NCBI GenBank assembly: GCA_004764695.1
Contig: SMSO01000032.1
Span: 1,178,001-1,242,000 of the forward strand
Length of the DNA: 64,000 bases
Direction: 5' to 3'
Origin: Schizochytrium sp. TIO01
Taxonomy: Eukaryota; Protista; Bigyra: Labyrinthulomycetes
In this document: piece by piece, positions 1 through 8,985 of the stretch
Layout of the letters: every line of letters starts with the position of its first letter
How positions within the stretch are numbered: the first letter of the stretch is position 1
Notes under the pieces: generated by a model
What the model saw: the letters and a program-made list of their open reading frames with translations, nothing else
Databases searched by the model: none
Told to the model about the DNA's origin: nothing
Program-made: the position numbers and the translations under genes

Positions 1-3000
1 TCCATTTCTCCGATCGAATAAAGAACTTCCTCAACGCTGATAGGTTCACCATAGTGTGAGAGTGCATTCTGTAATTCAACACAGGATATTTCACCGCTAT
101 TGTCTTCATCAATGAAACGAAAAAGATTTGTGAGATCTCGACGGAGATCTTCTTCTTCTTCTTTTCTGTCATCCTGATCTAACATAAATTCTTGCATTGC
201 AAGTTTATGCCTACTTTTGATCTGCTCTTCAATATTAGTGCGCTCAGCTCTATATTCTGGATCATTCTCACGAGCCTCGCGGTTGCGTCGAACTGTATTT
301 TGCAGATACTTAATTGTCTTGAACACAATTTTGCGCCTGTTCTCGCGCATATGTTGCAAGAGCTCCGCCATTTTGGCTCGAATACGGGATGTATCATGGA
401 GATGCAGCCTACGAGCTTCACCTTCTTCCACAACGTATTGTTGCTTGTCACCACGGTATTTCAGATAGTTAGGCTTAGTGGAGTGATATTGGTCATCGGG
501 ATGTGAAATTGGCCAGAGTTCCACTTTATGACCAGTTTCGTTTACAACCCAATTCGGAGTGTACATTCCATGCAGACGTTCGTCATCAATTGGAGTATAA
601 GTCGGGTCCAGTGAGCGCATGAAGCTGACAACCGACCGCAAAAAAGCATCCGTAATATTCAAGTTGATGCGACGGGGCGCAATAGCTTGTAAGAGAAGGC
701 CGCCGGTATCTGTGCTTCTCTCCGCCTGCAAAAGGAGTGACCAAGGCTCGATTAGAGGCTCCCATGCACGAACTAGCGTATTGTACGAAGTGCTTGTTGT
801 AGAAACATAACCACGAACTTGCAAGTCGTCTGAGAAGAACGTACGCGAGCAACCAATGAGATGAAACTGTGCAAGGCTGAATCTCGCAAAAGGTTGGGGA
901 TACCCATTCAGATTATTACCGATACCGAGCATCAATTGATTTACGTAGAGGTTCGCTTGATCAAATACTCGCTCTGTCTGACGGCTTTTGTTGGCTTGCT
1001 CAAGGAGCATTCCCAGAATCTCGGCATCTCGCTCGGTATTCCAATGACCAGGTACATCCCCTGGCAGGCGACGACGGAAGGCACTGGTGTCTAAACACAT
1101 TATAAACATTGGTGCAAAATCATGCAACATCCAAGGCGCCCATGCACTCTGAGTTCCGTCCACCTTCTTAGCAGCAGGGTTGGGTGCTGCATCGTTGGCT
1201 CTAAACCCTTGATGATTTTCCGGATAGCTTTCCGCAGGGTCATATTGTATATTCTCGAATTCATTGCCAACACCCTTCAAAGGTTTGGCGCTCTTGTTGT
1301 TCAGCTCTAAATTTGTGCCGATATCATCAAGGCCTGGATCACCTACAACCAGACCTTCATCATCACTGGATTCAGAATCTTCAGAATTTCTATCGCTTGC
1401 CCCCTCTTGACCAATTATGTTGGACTTAATGTCTTTCATGAGCTTTATATCCGATTCTGTAAGGATCCGAACAGGAGCTACGCGTTTCTTCTTCCGCACA
1501 GGTGTAAAGTAGTCTTGAGACGAATCACTATCAGAAGACCGTGCGGAGTTTATAGATGCTCCATGATCACGTTTGTTTCCCTTTGAGTCAGATCTGTTCT
1601 TCTGATCCATTTGTTCGGCCACAGATGTAACGTTCTGCTCGGGATAGAACTCCGCATAAAGTTCCATCTGCTTTTTCTCAACATCCATGAGGAAGATGAT
1701 ATCGCCAGTGTCAAATCGAGTCTCCAAACCGTCCATGCGCAACTCCATCACACGGACAGTGGCATAATTGTCTCCACGGGCCTTTTGAAGTTCTTCACGC
1801 ATTACTTGCTGTGCCAAAACAGTGTGAGAGTTCACACCCCAGATGTCCTCTGCTTTGATGTCCTTCAGGCTATTTGAATTGTGCTGGGCCGAATCTTGCT
1901 TCTGTTCGTCAGTGTGTCTCGCAGAGATACTTGCGTTGGGATCAAGCTCAGTGCCCTTTTCTTCTTCCTCCTCGTTTCCCACTTTAGGCCGTTGGTGTTG
2001 TTGAAGTTTGGGCCTTTCATGGCTAATATCTTCATGTGGTTCATGATCCAGTTTGAAGTTCTGATAGTTTTCTTCAGCGTTGCGGGTAAGTGAAGACGCT
2101 GAGCTCATGGCCACGTCAAAGTGACTTCCACTTGCATGGTCAAAGAAGCCATTTAGTTCGTCCTCTGAAGCAGAACCGCCACTGTCACCCATATGCCGAA
2201 GGCGATGAGCAAGACGCAAATCACGAGCCTTTTCAATTGGCTCGGTTTCAAGTTTAAAAACGACTGTGAATGGCTCTAGCACTACATTATCACCGGAAAA
2301 AAAGTCCTCTGGAATTTGCTGGAAGCGATTTCGGTCAATTTTCGTTGGGGCAATTCTTGCATCACAAGTGGCACGTAAGGACAGAGATTCATACGCTGGC
2401 AAACATGAATGATCGTGATCGAAGTCTCGCGCAATAGCATTGAACTTAATTTCTGACCCCACACGGAAAATGAGAGACTTGGGTGGGTACTTGTGTAATC
2501 TACGTTGGGACTCTTTACAGAGGGTATGTCTCCGCATGAAATGAAACTCAACTCTGGTTGTTCGAACAAGAACCTTGATTTCAGATACGGGAAGGATTGA
2601 GCCAGGCAAAGCTTTTTGCTGGTCCTGAGATGGCTCCACTTTTTTCTCAAAATCGGCGTCAGGGTTCTCCTCCAGTTTCATTTCTTCCTCTTTTTGCTTC
2701 GCATTGCGATGATCCTGCGCCTTTTCTACTACTGCAGGCGTTTCCACGCCAGAGTCATCAAGAAGACTGAATGCAGATGCCAGCTTAAGACCAAAGTGCA
2801 TTAACGGCGTAACTAAGACAAAAAGACCCTCAAGGTCCATTCCTACCCGCAAAGAGGGTACTGGATCAAGGTTATCAGTTAAGCGCAACCTTTCTGCTTC
2901 TGCTTCCCGCTGATAAATGATGGATAGTCTAAACTGGGGACGATTTTCCTGGCGCCGAAGCTTGTCAAGTCTGCGTCGCTCCATAGAAGATAAAGTATCC

Positions 3001-6000
3001 TCCAGTTCAGGATACACATCCGTAAGGTGGTTTCCAATAAGAGCATGGTCTTGCCATTTGTCTTCAATCGCGAATTGTTCTGCCTGCAAGAAGAACTTAA
3101 TTAGGGGTAGGCCGCAATCATACAATGAGTATGACGCATCCATTTTGACGCCTTCAACAGACATGCAGAGGAACTCGTGAGTTCGTTTTTGATGGCGCTT
3201 AGGTTTAACGAATGACATTCGAATTTCCATTTTGTCCATGTAAAATCCAAAGGCGAGGTCTAGTTCGCGTAGTTTAGATTTTGGTATTTGGCGGACCTTC
3301 GCTTGTTTTCTACAGTCATCATTTGGTTTCTTGAGATTGCCACTGCGAGGTTGTCGCGAGCCATTCCCCTCTTCATCAGTGGTAGTATCTTGCGGAGAGC
3401 TGTCTTCAATGAGTTCGTCATCGGTTGTAACGAACGAATGGAAATCCTCCAGATTAGTAGCAATTGAACCAGTGTGCCCAGACTCACCTGCATGGGTCAG
3501 GCGCGGACGCTCAGCTACACTGTAGAAACTTTCTTTATCCTGGTCAGCCAGTGATAGTTGCTCAGACTTGCTATCGTCAGATGGTTCCTCCTTCTCAACC
3601 ATCGAAAGGGCGGCTTTAGCCTTAAGAGGAGCTTGTTGCTCCATGATTGTTGTTTCAAGGAGAGAAGGTCCGACCTTCTGAAGGTCATTCAAACGAACTT
3701 CCTGAGCTTGGTAAATACTGAGTGCACTCACCAAGGAATCAGAAGCACCGTTATTTAGCTGCATCGACATGACTGGTTTGCCCATGGAAATTTCAATCGT
3801 CTTCTTAGCGTCATTCAGATAGTAATCCTTAGGGATACGCACAGTTGGAAACGCTACATCGAGCAACATAGTAACATCGAGAGTGACTGGGATGTTGGAT
3901 TGTGGCCGAGGCGTCTCTCCGCATGGTTCTAGCCACATTCGCACCTGAATTGCACCTTCGTGTGACTCCTCGTCATCTTCGTCGTTTGTGCAATAGTGGA
4001 CCTTTGATTTCTTCTTCGTGGTGCTTGCATCCGCATCCATGTTCAGTGGAATCCAAACCGTCACGCTTTTTGCAGGATTAATCTCGGCTTGTGATGCAGG
4101 ACGTTGGCTATAGCGTTTCGAAGAAGACCTTCGCCTCAGCGGTGTTTCATCCATATATTGTTCAGCCTCTCGAGGTGCACGCACAATTTGCTCATAGAGC
4201 TCGTGAAGAGGAACATGTGCAACGCCTAGAAAGTCATGAGCCCACTGACCACCAAAATCCTCATCCATGACCTCGAAATCAAGAGTGTCTGGGGAAGCGG
4301 GTCCCAAGGCCGAGCCCGGTAAAGGGCCAAATTTGAATTGCGAAGTCTGAGGCTTGTCCTCCCAGCTAGGATTTAACTCGCGAGATACGGTGTGAGTTCG
4401 TGATTCCTGATGATGGCATTTAAGTATACAGTATGGATCGCTGGTACCCGTGATATCCGCTGCTGGTAACCCACATGCGCGTATGACCTGGACATTAAGA
4501 TAGGCAATATTCTGTTGCAGTATGGGTGGGAAAGACGCAAGTCCGAATGGATCAGCTTGGGTCCACTGACCCCATTCCTTTTGTGGTGGATCTTGAGCCA
4601 TTTGTCCTTGCTGTTGCCAGGTTGGAGGCATAAGCAGTGTTGGCTGCATTTGATCAGCATCATTTTCAAAGTCAAGCTCTTTTGTTTCACTTTTTTCACT
4701 ACCTTGCTCACTCGCATCTTCCATATATTCATCTTGCTCAATCTCGAACCCAGGCGATGATACATCAACACAGACACGCACCCGGACATTCTCTTCATTT
4801 GAGTTGCACCAAAAGAGCATACTCCGAGGCCCACTTCGTGCATTCGACAAAATTCGTTTCAAAACGACACTTTCGACACGGACACTCTTCTTGGTGCTAA
4901 GGTCGAAGGTCATGTTGATCTTTGTGTCAGGCTTTGTTGCCTCGAGCTGGAAGAGGTTTTGGGTCTCACCCAAAGTGATCATTGACTCGCTTTGCAAACT
5001 ACCTTCAAGACCAAGTTGCTCTGCACCACATGTAATAGTTGTCTTAACCACCTTAGCATTTTTCGGCAGTCCTTGAATCTCAGAGACTGAAACATCCAGT
5101 AGAATCTTTTCACATCGCCATGAAGGGGACTTTTTGGTCGATGACACGTCGAGATCTCGATTCCAATCATACTGGGCCAGGCCTTCAGCAGAATAAGCAT
5201 GAAACAAGGTTTTAGACCATGAAACAAGCTCGGGACGCATGTTCATGTAAAATTGGGGCACAGTGAGTCCAATTGCAGCGTCAAAGTACATCACACTTTG
5301 GTTGACGAGAGCCTCAAATTCAAAGAGAGTGTCGCATGCACGTTTCTTAGACTTGGCAAGAGCTTCCGCAGGCGTGCGAGCGGTACTACTTTCAGAAGGT
5401 ACGCTCTCAACCTGGAGACGTACCTTTCCGTAACCGCCGGGAAGATCGTACCACTCTTCATATTTTCGGTACATATGACTTCCAATACGAGAGAATTCGC
5501 TCTTCGGAATAGCGCGGACTGGCAGTTTGATATCAACAGCACACAGCAGCAGATCGTTTTCAATGGGATCAACGGCAAGCTCACGGCGGCGTACGACCCG
5601 TCGTACCCAACCCAAATTATCTTGTCTTTGCTTCACCTGCACTTGAATGTTTGCGGTGCGTTCGTTTCGACCATGTCCCACAAAAAACTCAAGCGGTGGA
5701 ACACGGTTGCGCTGCACTGAGAAATCGTACTCAGCAAAACCTTGTTTTGCCTTCATTGTAGAACCATCAATCAAACCGGTTGTCTGTTCATCGAGAGTAT
5801 CTCGAGATTCGTCAAGGTATAGAATATTACAGTACGGACTGAGCGAAGGAGCCGCATCACCTTCGGCTAGCTGTAAAGACATGACACGAACACGAAATTT
5901 AGACTCTGCTAAATCGTGTCCGATTGTCTTCGAACTCTTAGGACGCGGCTGGCTCCCATAGGCAGGGTTGCGTGAACCTTCGTCGTCATCTTCGTCTTCA

Positions 6001-8186
6001 TCATCGGCATCATGGTTTTCCTGGTCGTGTTGAGACGCCTTGTTATCAGGATTATGTCTATTCTCATCTTCCACAAAGCCGTGTGGTGCTAGAAGCGCGA
6101 GTTTTTCTTCACCTTTGATAACATCTGCATTCACTTTACGAATACCAAAATTGATGGCACGGAGACCAATCCACGGGTTCATCGCACCCTCAACTGCCAG
6201 GGCCGAGCACATTTCACGCATTGTAAAAACACAGCGTGGGGCATCACTTGAGGAGGTGGGGTTCTGAGAAAAGAGCGTAATCTGCACACTTTGTACAGTT
6301 ACAGAAAGCGCAAAAACATCAGGTTTGGCATCGGCACGGTCACGGTCAGCCGCACTTTGGGTAAGGTTCTCAGACTGTCCTTGCGACTTCAAGGTGGGAG
6401 TCATTGCTGATATCCCTTTAGCTAGTCGGGCTGGAGCGAGATCACACATTGTACAGAACTCCTTAAAGTCTATACGACCATTCCGATTTGTGTCAAAAGT
6501 TTGGACCAGGTCTTTGACCTTTTTAGTGCTTAGAGTAGTCCCAGCCATTGCAAGACCAACTTGAAGTTCAACAGCATCAATTTCCCCGCTCTTGTCTTTA
6601 TCAATGGCATCAAAGATTTTGCGTCGATGTCTAAGAAGCTTTTTGGCATCAACATTGGTTTCGTTTGAGATACCGAGGGCGTTGGAGAGGTCTCGTGCAG
6701 TCTTTGCCATTGTCTTTAATTCCTCGATAGACTTAGGTTGAATGTTCTGTCCATTTTGCTGTGTAGTAGAAGGATCTTCACTCGTACCCAAAGCCCAGCT
6801 GATCCATGCAGAGGCAGTGCCAGAAACCTGATTCATGACTGATGGCTGAATAGCTTCGTTCATGTCGTCAAGAATCTTCTCACGTTGCCTTTTTGCCACC
6901 ACTGCAGAAACACTTTGTACAATTGTGCGAATAGTCTCTGGATGGGCACGGAGTTCACGCTGCTCGAGCCAAGACAGGCCTGCAAGCAAGGCATCGACTC
7001 CGGTGGCAGCATTTGCAGGTTTCTTCGGTTTTTGAGTTTCCGGACCTACATCTTGCTTTCCCTTTTCGAACATTTTTTGGTAGATACGAAAGCATTCGCC
7101 TTGATCATCTGAAGAGATTCCTGTTTGTACAAGTTGATTAAAGCGTTCTTCACACCATAATTTCCAGCGCACTTGATGGGTGAGACTGTCGCCAATGTAA
7201 ATCAGTGCTGCAACATCTTCAGGTGCAGCTTTCATTACAACACGGCTGAGGCGCATCTCAACGATGCCGAGTGTTGGGCGCGGGTCAGCAGCAAGATTGA
7301 AAGCAAGAATGGACTCTGCATTGAACTTTTCGATCAGCTTAATGCGAAGCGGGCGGCCTTTCTTAATATTTTGTTGTAAATAAACCTCGATACCTTCGAC
7401 TAGCATTTGCTTCTTCACAATGCGTTCTGTGGTACCCTGGAGAGGCTCCACAAGGATCCCGCCCACATAGACTTCCCGTTCTGCCTTTGGCACAGAGTTA
7501 GACGCAAGGTCAATGTCATCGCCTGGCTGCACATCCTCCGCCGCTTGGTCCTGTACTTCAGAAGTGCTTCGCGCCACCTCCACATGCGGCGATAGGTTCG
7601 TATTCTCAAGTTTGAACCCTTGAACAGTAAGGCCAATATGACCACTACGATCCGAAGTTTCAAAGTGATAGGCAGCCTCTATCTTTCTTACATGAAGCTC
7701 GAAATTGCCAGCGACGCGCACAGCAAGATTTTTCACCAAACCCATTAGTGATGATTCTGAGGTATCAGGTACTAGATCACCATCCATAGATCCCAGTTTT
7801 GTCTCAACAGCTTGAAGAGCTTCGTCTCGAATGCCTTGGATGAGCGCAAGTTTGACAGCCTTTAAGGCTTCAAATTCAGCGCGTTCGTCCCATTCCTCTT
7901 CAGGACGAGCCTCCATGATAACTTTGAGGCTGTCTACATTGACACTGATGGCATAGCTCGGATTAAGGCTGAATAGTTGCAGAGGAGCCACAGAAATATG
8001 AACACGATCTAGAGAGCATGTTCTCACCTTGGCAGCAAGATTACCAGGAATAACCTCAGGTTTGAGCTCTAGATTGTGCACCCGGAACTCACCAACACCT
8101 TGGACTTTGAGAGATCCATATGTGAAGTACTCATTGAGGTATTTTTTCACGACCTTCTCTAAGACAGAGCCGACAAGATTTGACAT
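1..8186 (-). CDS. VPS13: VPS13-family bridge-like lipid transfer protein with EF-hand and C2 insertions (3' end beyond window start)
   Basis: Manual translation from ATG at 8186: MSNLVGSVLEKVVKKYLNEYF...GLVKNLAVRVAGNFELHVRKI (Chorein_N-like). VPS13 signature YNTLVRAWEPLIEPW at 785-741, then RINLNIT and YTPNWVVNETG (VAB-type). No stop in the stretches I translated, and the ORF track lists no stop-terminated ORF in this frame, implying an open frame of >=2728 codons. EF-hand loops at 6602-6567, 6494-6459 and 110-75; C2 at ~4505-4200; C2-like at ~5900-5560. Confidence 0.93.
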   Translation of the reverse strand, partial: MSNLVGSVLEKVVKKYLNEYFTYGSLKVQGVGEFRVHNLELKPEVIPGNLAAKVRTCSLDRVHISVAPLQLFSLNPSYAISVNVDSLKVIMEARPEEEWDERAEFEALKAVKLALIQGIRDEALQAVETKLGSMDGDLVPDTSESSLMGLVKNLAVRVAGNFELHVRKIEAAYHFETSDRSGHIGLTVQGFKLENTNLSPHVEVARSTSEVQDQAAEDVQPGDDIDLASNSVPKAEREVYVGGILVEPLQGTTERIVKKQMLVEGIEVYLQQNIKKGRPLRIKLIEKFNAESILAFNLAADPRPTLGIVEMRLSRVVMKAAPEDVAALIYIGDSLTHQVRWKLWCEERFNQLVQTGISSDDQGECFRIYQKMFEKGKQDVGPETQKPKKPANAATGVDALLAGLSWLEQRELRAHPETIRTIVQSVSAVVAKRQREKILDDMNEAIQPSVMNQVSGTASAWISWALGTSEDPSTTQQNGQNIQPKSIEELKTMAKTARDLSNALGISNETNVDAKKLLRHRRKIFDAIDKDKSGEIDAVELQVGLAMAGTTLSTKKVKDLVQTFDTNRNGRIDFKEFCTMCDLAPARLAKGISAMTPTLKSQGQSENLTQSAADRDRADAKPDVFALSVTVQSVQITLFSQNPTSSSDAPRCVFTMREMCSALAVEGAMNPWIGLRAINFGIRKVNADVIKGEEKLALLAPHGFVEDENRHNPDNKASQHDQENHDADDEDEDDDEGSRNPAYGSQPRPKSSKTIGHDLAESKFRVRVMSLQLAEGDAAPSLSPYCNILYLDESRDTLDEQTTGLIDGSTMKAKQGFAEYDFSVQRNRVPPLEFFVGHGRNERTANIQVQVKQRQDNLGWVRRVVRRRELAVDPIENDLLLCAVDIKLPVRAIPKSEFSRIGSHMYRKYEEWYDLPGGYGKVRLQVESVPSESSTARTPAEALAKSKKRACDTLFEFEALVNQSVMYFDAAIGLTVPQFYMNMRPELVSWSKTLFHAYSAEGLAQYDWNRDLDVSSTKKSPSWRCEKILLDVSVSEIQGLPKNAKVVKTTITCGAEQLGLEGSLQSESMITLGETQNLFQLEATKPDTKINMTFDLSTKKSVRVESVVLKRILSNARSGPRSMLFWCNSNEENVRVRVCVDVSSPGFEIEQDEYMEDASEQGSEKSETKELDFENDADQMQPTLLMPPTWQQQGQMAQDPPQKEWGQWTQADPFGLASFPPILQQNIAYLNVQVIRACGLPAADITGTSDPYCILKCHHQESRTHTVSRELNPSWEDKPQTSQFKFGPLPGSALGPASPDTLDFEVMDEDFGGQWAHDFLGVAHVPLHELYEQIVRAPREAEQYMDETPLRRRSSSKRYSQRPASQAEINPAKSVTVWIPLNMDADASTTKKKSKVHYCTNDEDDEESHEGAIQVRMWLEPCGETPRPQSNIPVTLDVTMLLDVAFPTVRIPKDYYLNDAKKTIEISMGKPVMSMQLNNGASDSLVSALSIYQAQEVRLNDLQKVGPSLLETTIMEQQAPLKAKAALSMVEKEEPSDDSKSEQLSLADQDKESFYSVAERPRLTHAGESGHTGSIATNLEDFHSFVTTDDELIEDSSPQDTTTDEEGNGSRQPRSGNLKKPNDDCRKQAKVRQIPKSKLRELDLAFGFYMDKMEIRMSFVKPKRHQKRTHEFLCMSVEGVKMDASYSLYDCGLPLIKFFLQAEQFAIEDKWQDHALIGNHLTDVYPELEDTLSSMERRRLDKLRRQENRPQFRLSIIYQREAEAERLRLTDNLDPVPSLRVGMDLEGLFVLVTPLMHFGLKLASAFSLLDDSGVETPAVVEKAQDHRNAKQKEEEMKLEENPDADFEKKVEPSQDQQKALPGSILPVSEIKVLVRTTRVEFHFMRRHTLCKESQRRLHKYPPKSLIFRVGSEIKFNAIARDFDHDHSCLPAYESLSLRATCDARIAPTKIDRNRFQQIPEDFFSGDNVVLEPFTVVFKLETEPIEKARDLRLAHRLRHMGDSGGSASEDELNGFFDHASGSHFDVAMSSASSLTRNAEENYQNFKLDHEPHEDISHERPKLQQHQRPKVGNEEEEEKGTELDPNASISARHTDEQKQDSAQHNSNSLKDIKAEDIWGVNSHTVLAQQVMREELQKARGDNYATVRVMELRMDGLETRFDTGDIIFLMDVEKKQMELYAEFYPEQNVTSVAEQMDQKNRSDSKGNKRDHGASINSARSSDSDSSQDYFTPVRKKKRVAPVRILTESDIKLMKDIKSNIIGQEGASDRNSEDSESSDDEGLVVGDPGLDDIGTNLELNNKSAKPLKGVGNEFENIQYDPAESYPENHQGFRANDAAPNPAAKKVDGTQSAWAPWMLHDFAPMFIMCLDTSAFRRRLPGDVPGHWNTERDAEILGMLLEQANKSRQTERVFDQANLYVNQLMLGIGNNLNGYPQPFARFSLAQFHLIGCSRTFFSDDLQVRGYVSTTSTSYNTLVRAWEPLIEPWSLLLQAERSTDTGGLLLQAIAPRRINLNITDAFLRSVVSFMRSLDPTYTPIDDERLHGMYTPNWVVNETGHKVELWPISHPDDQYHSTKPNYLKYRGDKQQYVVEEGEARRLHLHDTSRIRAKMAELLQHMRENRRKIVFKTIKYLQNTVRRNREARENDPEYRAERTNIEEQIKSRHKLAMQEFMLDQDDRKEEEEDLRRDLTNLFRFIDEDNSGEISCVELQNALSHYGEPISVEEVLYSIGEM

Positions 8187-8859
8187 TTTCTTTGAATATG
8201 CACAGCTAGCTCCAGCGTCACCGCTGTGCCACAAGTTTTAAGCTTACTCCAACTCCAATAATCAGCTGCTTTGTTGAAGCCTTTAGAAATACTACTGATT
8301 ACGGCAACCTCTCCAACTATATTGGCTGATTGATGCCGTCAATCAATGGCTTAGCTCTGAAATGGCAGAATTGCCTTGATGAAGGAGGGTGCACGAGACT
8401 GCAGAGCCTCTGAGTTCAAGCAGCTTCGAAACCGCAATCCCTTCTCTAGTTCCACCCCAAACTGTCTTTGCCTAGTGTCCAGAACCCTGGCCTGCCCAAA
8501 AGTTTTCCGCCTTCGAGACTAATGTAGTCAAAGCAGGTTGGTGGCACTGAAGACGTCGATGCCGATGCCAAAGCAGTCGAACTCTGACTCTGCGCTTTTA
8601 AAAAGCAGTCAAATATATATATATATGTACAGACAGGATCCCGTGCCTCAGAGGCTCTGCACTGTGAACTCAACCACAGGACACTGCTTGTGGCCTTCAC
8701 AGAGCGAGTGTGGATCTTAGCGAGCGCTCTTCGCACGAGCGTGCCGCCTTGAAGTTTGTCAATTGTAGAAGAGGTAAGGGTAAGCGAGGGCGAAGTTGCC
8801 TCCGCTTGATGCTTGTTTGCTTGTTTGCTTCTTTGTTTCTGCTTCTTTGTCTTTTCTTA

Positions 8860-8985
8860 TTGTTTGTTTGTTTGTTTGTTTGTTTGTTTGTTTGTTTGTT
8901 TGTTTGTTTGTTTGTTTGTTTGTTTGTTTGTTTGTTTGTTTGTTTGTTTGTTTGTTTGTTTGTTTGTTTGTTTGTTTGTTTGTTT
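8860..8985. repeat. (TTTG)n microsatellite, ~31 units
   Basis: Direct reading; source of the spurious KQTN/CLFV ORFs. Confidence 0.98.

Noticed and set aside
179-8241. About 35 short ORFs listed on both strands
   Set aside because: Shadow or out-of-frame ORFs of the single VPS13 frame; none has recognisable motifs.
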